From Desulfobacterales bacterium (GTDB taxonomy: Bacteria; Desulfobacterota; Desulfobacteria; Desulfobacterales; SpSt-501): 64,000 nucleotides of DNA. The notes below the pieces were generated by a model that saw only the letters and a list, made by a program, of their open reading frames with translations, was not told where the DNA came from and made no database searches. The position numbers and the translations under genes were made by a program. Shown in pieces: positions 60,025 through 64,000 of the stretch. The stretch covers positions 11,279-75,278 of the forward strand of contig JALOOU010000045.1 in the NCBI GenBank assembly GCA_025454255.1. Direction: 5' to 3'. Every line of letters starts with the position of its first letter. Position 1 is the first letter of the stretch.

Positions 60025-60777
60025 TCATACTTTAGCCTGGATTCTCAGCTGCTTGTCCGGCCAGAGGGCAAACTCCGCCGGAAGCAGGCCGACGATTTCG
60101 TGGCCGGACATGCTGTAGAGATCGTAGGTCACATCCAGCTGCTGGACGACATCGATGAAACGGTAGAGCGACCCCGGGGCCCTGCGGTTCATGATCGGGC
60201 CGCGCTTGGGCCTGTTGCGGGCATCGTCGAAGTAGAGCAGGTGCAGCGCCTCCATGACGCCCCGGTTGGTGATAAAGCTCTGCCGTGTCGCGATTTCGTG
60301 GTGGAAGTGGTTTTCGACGGAGAGCACCGAGTGCAGCAGCAGCTTGGACAACTCCTCCCCCCACTCGTAGACGGTGTAGACGAGATAGGCCCCCATGAGC
60401 AGATGCCTGTGGCCGTGGGGGTATCCCGGCTCGGGAATGTGGCGGTAATCCCGCCCCGGCCGGCGCCGGCCCTTGTCGTTGGCCGGGCAGACCTGGTCGA
60501 AATAGAAGAGCGACATCCAGCTCCAGAGGTGCACGTCGCCGGCAAGCGCATCGGGCCGCTCGGGCAGATCCTCCAGCGTTCGGTCCAGGTAGCGCGCCAG
60601 GGCCAGGCGCGAGTCGAAGGCCGTGCGCTCAAGCTGCACCCGCCCGCCGACGGGCTTCGCGCATTCGGGATCCGCCAGCAGCCCCTGCGGCGGCTCCGAA
60701 GCCGCCCCGCCCCCCAGTTCGTGCAGATAGGCCCGGAACCGTTCGAGCCCTTTGTCTGTGAATTTTCTGAGCTCCAT
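60025..60777 (-). CDS. Hypothetical protein (gene 3 of GHKL operon)
   Basis: 250 aa, 6 nt after gene 2; LWSWMSLFYFDQVCP, RHLL.G, RQ, Q.D.TYDLYSM, LLP.EF. Confidence 0.8.
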   Translation of the reverse strand: MELRKFTDKGLERFRAYLHELGGGAASEPPQGLLADPECAKPVGGRVQLERTAFDSRLALARYLDRTLEDLPERPDALAGDVHLWSWMSLFYFDQVCPANDKGRRRPGRDYRHIPEPGYPHGHRHLLMGAYLVYTVYEWGEELSKLLLHSVLSVENHFHHEIATRQSFITNRGVMEALHLLYFDDARNRPKRGPIMNRRAPGSLYRFIDVVQQLDVTYDLYSMSGHEIVGLLPAEFALWPDKQLRIQAKV

Positions 60778-60783
60778 CAGCGC

Positions 60784-61542
60784 CTAGCGCAGCTCCTCGA
60801 ACGCCCGGTTGAATTTCGCCAGCACCTCGAACTTTGCCGAGAAGGCCTCGACCGCCTGGTCGATCCATTCCTGCCGCCCCTCTTTGAATGCGGGCGGATC
60901 GCTCATCCCGGGCAATTGCCGCGCGAGCCGCAGCCACAGGCTGGGCCAGTCGTCGTCGCAGTCCGGGTCGGTGTGGTCCTCTGCGACCACCACCCGCGTC
61001 AGGACCTGCCGAAAAACCTCCGGGTAGACCAAGGCGAAAAAACGATGGTCCGAACCGGCCACGAGGCCGATCTCGTCCACATGTTGATTCAGTTTCAAAA
61101 CCGGCCAGTCCCCGTCGAGGTCGAGCTGCCAGATGGCATGGCCCAGGTCGTCGTATTCGACGAACAACAGCGCGTGGCTGCCGGCCGGCTCGCGCTCCAC
61201 GGTCTCCGGCCGGATCTTGTCGAGCGCGGCCAGGATGCGTCCGTGCGCAGAGGAGCGATCCACCACCTTGACCCGGAACAAAGGGGTGGTCGCAGCCGAA
61301 AAACGGCTCAGCCGGCGGTCCGCCGGGCTTTTGCGGTTGGAGATGCTGCCGAAATCGAAGCGCTGGTAGGCCGTGCGGTGGTAGGCCTCGGCGTAGATGC
61401 GGGCATTCGCGGGCAGCCTCAGATCGGAGAGGTCCGCCTGCAGGTTGAAAAACCTGCGGCCCTCGGCATCGCGCAGGATGTCCACGCGCACGCTGGTCCG
61501 CCTGATCTTTTTGCGGCCGGTGAAATTGATCTTCCGGATCAT
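60784..61542 (-). CDS. Hypothetical protein (gene 2 of GHKL operon)
   Basis: 252 aa, MIRKINFTGRKKI, beta-rich N-half (RFDFG, FRVKVVD), helical C-half; 9 nt after gene 1. Confidence 0.8.
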   Translation of the reverse strand: MIRKINFTGRKKIRRTSVRVDILRDAEGRRFFNLQADLSDLRLPANARIYAEAYHRTAYQRFDFGSISNRKSPADRRLSRFSAATTPLFRVKVVDRSSAHGRILAALDKIRPETVEREPAGSHALLFVEYDDLGHAIWQLDLDGDWPVLKLNQHVDEIGLVAGSDHRFFALVYPEVFRQVLTRVVVAEDHTDPDCDDDWPSLWLRLARQLPGMSDPPAFKEGRQEWIDQAVEAFSAKFEVLAKFNRAFEELR

Positions 61543-61551
61543 GTCATGTTC

Positions 61552-63447
61552 TCAAGGGTAGGTTCGCACCCGCAGGTCCCGGCGGGTGTCGAAGCCGGTC
61601 ACCGTCAGCCTGAAGTCGCTGCGCACCACCTCGATCTGAATCGCATTCTCCTTGCAGAGCTTGAGGCGGGCGCCTTCGCTTCGGATTTGGATCGGCTCCC
61701 GGCTCACGTCGAAATCGAGCGGGGTGTATTTCTTGAACGGGTTGCCGCTGCGGACCTCGTAGGCGATCCACTGGGTGATCAAACGCGGGACCTGGGTCGC
61801 CCGGGTGCGCCGGCTCAACCGGAAGCCGCCCTTGACGGCGCTCAGCTGCAGGTAGCTGCCGGGTTCGAGTTCGATGAACTCCCCGCTCCCGGGCAAGGCG
61901 TTCTCTTTTTCGGATGGCTGCCTCCCGGGCGTTTCAGCGTTTCCCGTCGGTTCGAGCGGCACCGCGAAGATATGCTTGAGCAGGTTCTCGTCGCGGCCCT
62001 TCTGCGGCTGGGTCAAAATTCTCACCAGCTCCCGGGGGCTGGTCTTGACATAGTCCAGCGTGGCCGGGCCCAGCTTGTACCTGCTTTTGAACTTCTTCGA
62101 ATTGCGCTCCCATTGCGTGTGCGCCGGGTTCTCCGCATCGCCCAGAAATGCGGAGAGGCCGCTCTCGGCAATTGAGACGATCGCGCGCACGCCCTTGTGT
62201 TTGAGCGATGAGACCTCGGGGATGGTGATCCCCTGCCGGATGAAATGATCCTCCGGCCGGTCCAGCTTCTCGTCCCGTTCGAGGAAGACGGAAAAGCCGG
62301 TGTGAAACGTCTGCGCCCCGTCGTGTTTTATGACCGCAACCGGAACACGGAACGCCAGCCGGCGGCCGACGGCGAATTCGCCCCGGATCGCATCCAGCTG
62401 CTCGGCGTCGAAGAGCTCCTCGGTGAGCTTGGGGCGCTTTCCAACCAGGGGCTCCTTGAGCTGAATGCAGCGCTCCAAGGGCTGGTGGATCGCCCAGCGC
62501 GCCAGGCCCATCAGACCGGGCAGCCCCTGCTTCTCCGCCCACTGGGATTTCTTGAGGTAGTCGTCCAGGCTGGCCGCATCGAGCCGGACCCTTTTGCCGT
62601 CGAAGCTGAGCTCTACCACGAGCTGGCCGGCCAGGATGGGGAAAAAATAGTGGCGGATCACCGCGGCGGCACAGCCTCTGAGATGGATCTCCTTGTCCGG
62701 GTAGGGGATCAGAACGGAGAGGCCGGGTTTGCCGATGCGGTCCAGCGAAAAATGGCGCGAAAACCTCGCGTGGTAGCTTGGGTCTTCCACCGGCAGCGCC
62801 AGATGGCCGCGAAACAAGCCGAAATACCCGTAGGGTGCATAGCGCGCGCCGTCCAACTTATGGATTTTGAGGACGGACTGCCCCATCAGGCAGGCGCGGC
62901 CGTCATCCCGGCGAACGGTGAGCCCGAAAAAGGTGTTGATGCGGGAAGCCGCCTGGAAGACGGTTTTACCCAGACCCCAGCGCCCCAGGTCGGTCAGCTC
63001 TTTCTGGGTGCGCCCGATGTTGCGCCAGAAGTAAAAGAAGTCGTTTTTGGGGGCATCCTCGTCCAGGTCATCGTACTGCAGCACATCCCCTTGAAGGCCC
63101 CGCGTGCCGTAGTCCTCGATCACCATCGCGCTCAGCGGTTCGATCAGGGGGGGCGCCTCCGGAAGGCCCGCATGCCGGGAGCACAGATGCGGAGCCAGAC
63201 CGTCGATGTAGCATCGGCGCAGCTCGTCAGCATCGACGCCTGCGATCGGGTGCGGGTGATGGGAGAAGCGCACGGTCACCGGCCCGCCCCCGTCGGCCGC
63301 ATCGAGGGAGTTTTGAATGGATTCGCGCACCAGTGCGTCCGTGATGCTGCGCAGCGCCTCGGTGGTGAAAAACTCCCCCTCGATCGGGTCGACATTCATC
63401 TCCCCGGGCTGCATCGCCCGGAAACGCCACTGGGGTTGAAAAGTCAT
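61552..63447 (-). CDS. GHKL-superfamily (MORC/MutL/Hsp90-like) ATPase of unknown function
   Basis: Bergerat motifs LVRESIQNSLDA (N box), IEDYGTRGL (G1), GRWGLGK (G2); no His-kinase H box. Confidence 0.8.
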   Translation of the reverse strand: MTFQPQWRFRAMQPGEMNVDPIEGEFFTTEALRSITDALVRESIQNSLDAADGGGPVTVRFSHHPHPIAGVDADELRRCYIDGLAPHLCSRHAGLPEAPPLIEPLSAMVIEDYGTRGLQGDVLQYDDLDEDAPKNDFFYFWRNIGRTQKELTDLGRWGLGKTVFQAASRINTFFGLTVRRDDGRACLMGQSVLKIHKLDGARYAPYGYFGLFRGHLALPVEDPSYHARFSRHFSLDRIGKPGLSVLIPYPDKEIHLRGCAAAVIRHYFFPILAGQLVVELSFDGKRVRLDAASLDDYLKKSQWAEKQGLPGLMGLARWAIHQPLERCIQLKEPLVGKRPKLTEELFDAEQLDAIRGEFAVGRRLAFRVPVAVIKHDGAQTFHTGFSVFLERDEKLDRPEDHFIRQGITIPEVSSLKHKGVRAIVSIAESGLSAFLGDAENPAHTQWERNSKKFKSRYKLGPATLDYVKTSPRELVRILTQPQKGRDENLLKHIFAVPLEPTGNAETPGRQPSEKENALPGSGEFIELEPGSYLQLSAVKGGFRLSRRTRATQVPRLITQWIAYEVRSGNPFKKYTPLDFDVSREPIQIRSEGARLKLCKENAIQIEVVRSDFRLTVTGFDTRRDLRVRTYP

Positions 63448-63679
63448 CGCTCGGTCGTGTAGTCGGATAGTTGGAAAGCGCCTGCGCGCCGCTTCCGAAC
63501 TTACCAGCGCGGCCCTGCTCCGTCAATCGTGGCCGCACTGGGTTCTCGGCGGGCGTTTGACAGGCGCGGTCAAAGATTCGTAAAAAGTGTAAAGTCGCAG
63601 CGCCCGTCGACCGATATCCACAGACAGCGATGCCGGCAGATCGCCGGATACGAAAGCGCCTTCTGCACCCGGGAGTCCC

Positions 63680-64000
63680 ATGCGAAAGATCGTCAGGAGA
63701 ATGTCCGCTGCCAAAAGCCCTTCGCAGGTCTGGCTCGACCGGATCCGCGCCCACGTGATGTCGGTTTTCAGCTGCGGGCCGAACTCCATCCACGGCCCGT
63801 CGCACTGGCGGCGGGTCGAGTCCTTCGGGCTCGACATCGCCGAACGCAGCGGCGCCGACATCGTGGTGGTGCGCCTTTTCGCCCTGCTGCACGACGCCTG
63901 CCGCCGAAACGACGGGGACGACCTCGAGCACGGCCCGCGGGCGGCGGCGATGCTCTACCGGATCGTGCCGTCCGTCTTCGCGATCGACCCGAAACGCTTC
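63680..64000 (+). CDS. HD-domain phosphohydrolase, 3'-partial
   Basis: Open to window end: SIHGPSHWRRV...FALLHDACR.ND..D.EHGPRAA; absent from the ORF track because it has no stop in the window. Confidence 0.8.
   Translation, partial: MRKIVRRMSAAKSPSQVWLDRIRAHVMSVFSCGPNSIHGPSHWRRVESFGLDIAERSGADIVVVRLFALLHDACRRNDGDDLEHGPRAAAMLYRIVPSVFAIDPKRF

Noticed and set aside
61552-63447. Sensor histidine kinase, gyrase B or Hsp90
   Set aside because: ATPase domain is N-terminal with no H box, no TOPRIM domain and no HtpG-type motifs

Overview
GC-rich bacterial chromosome segment. Gene content (class II benzoyl-CoA reductase, Hdr/Mvh modules, selenoproteins) suggests an anaerobic Desulfobacterota-like organism; this is an inference. 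Layout: (1) 1-5426 is a visibly lower-GC block abutting the 3' end of tRNA-Leu(TAA). It holds a RACo/ASKHA gene end, a sigma54 activator, TauE, decayed genes including an IS200 tnpA remnant, and a UGA-recoded PrdB/GrdB-like selenoprotein. (2) About 5.6-40.8 kb is mostly housekeeping: signalling genes, maf-yggS-queH, an M48 protease, a mutS operon with a frameshifted amidase, an atypical membrane kinase, amrA, a 1659-aa PilY1 with a circularly permuted repeat, bactofilins, pcm and nupC. (3) 40.8-48.3 kb holds a pdxA2-larA/gatZ sugar-acid cluster with small repeat elements, a metacaspase, an M20 hydrolase and rnk. (4) 48.3-57.2 kb is bamBCDEF-fdhD, with in-frame Sec codons in bamE and bamF and a repeat-rich operator. 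(5) 57.3-64 kb holds accessory genes ending in an uncharacterised three-gene operon led by a GHKL (MORC/MutL-like) ATPase, divergent from an HD-domain gene. That operon is the best candidate for an undescribed, possibly defence-related system. All calls rest on reading motifs by eye; no database searches were run.
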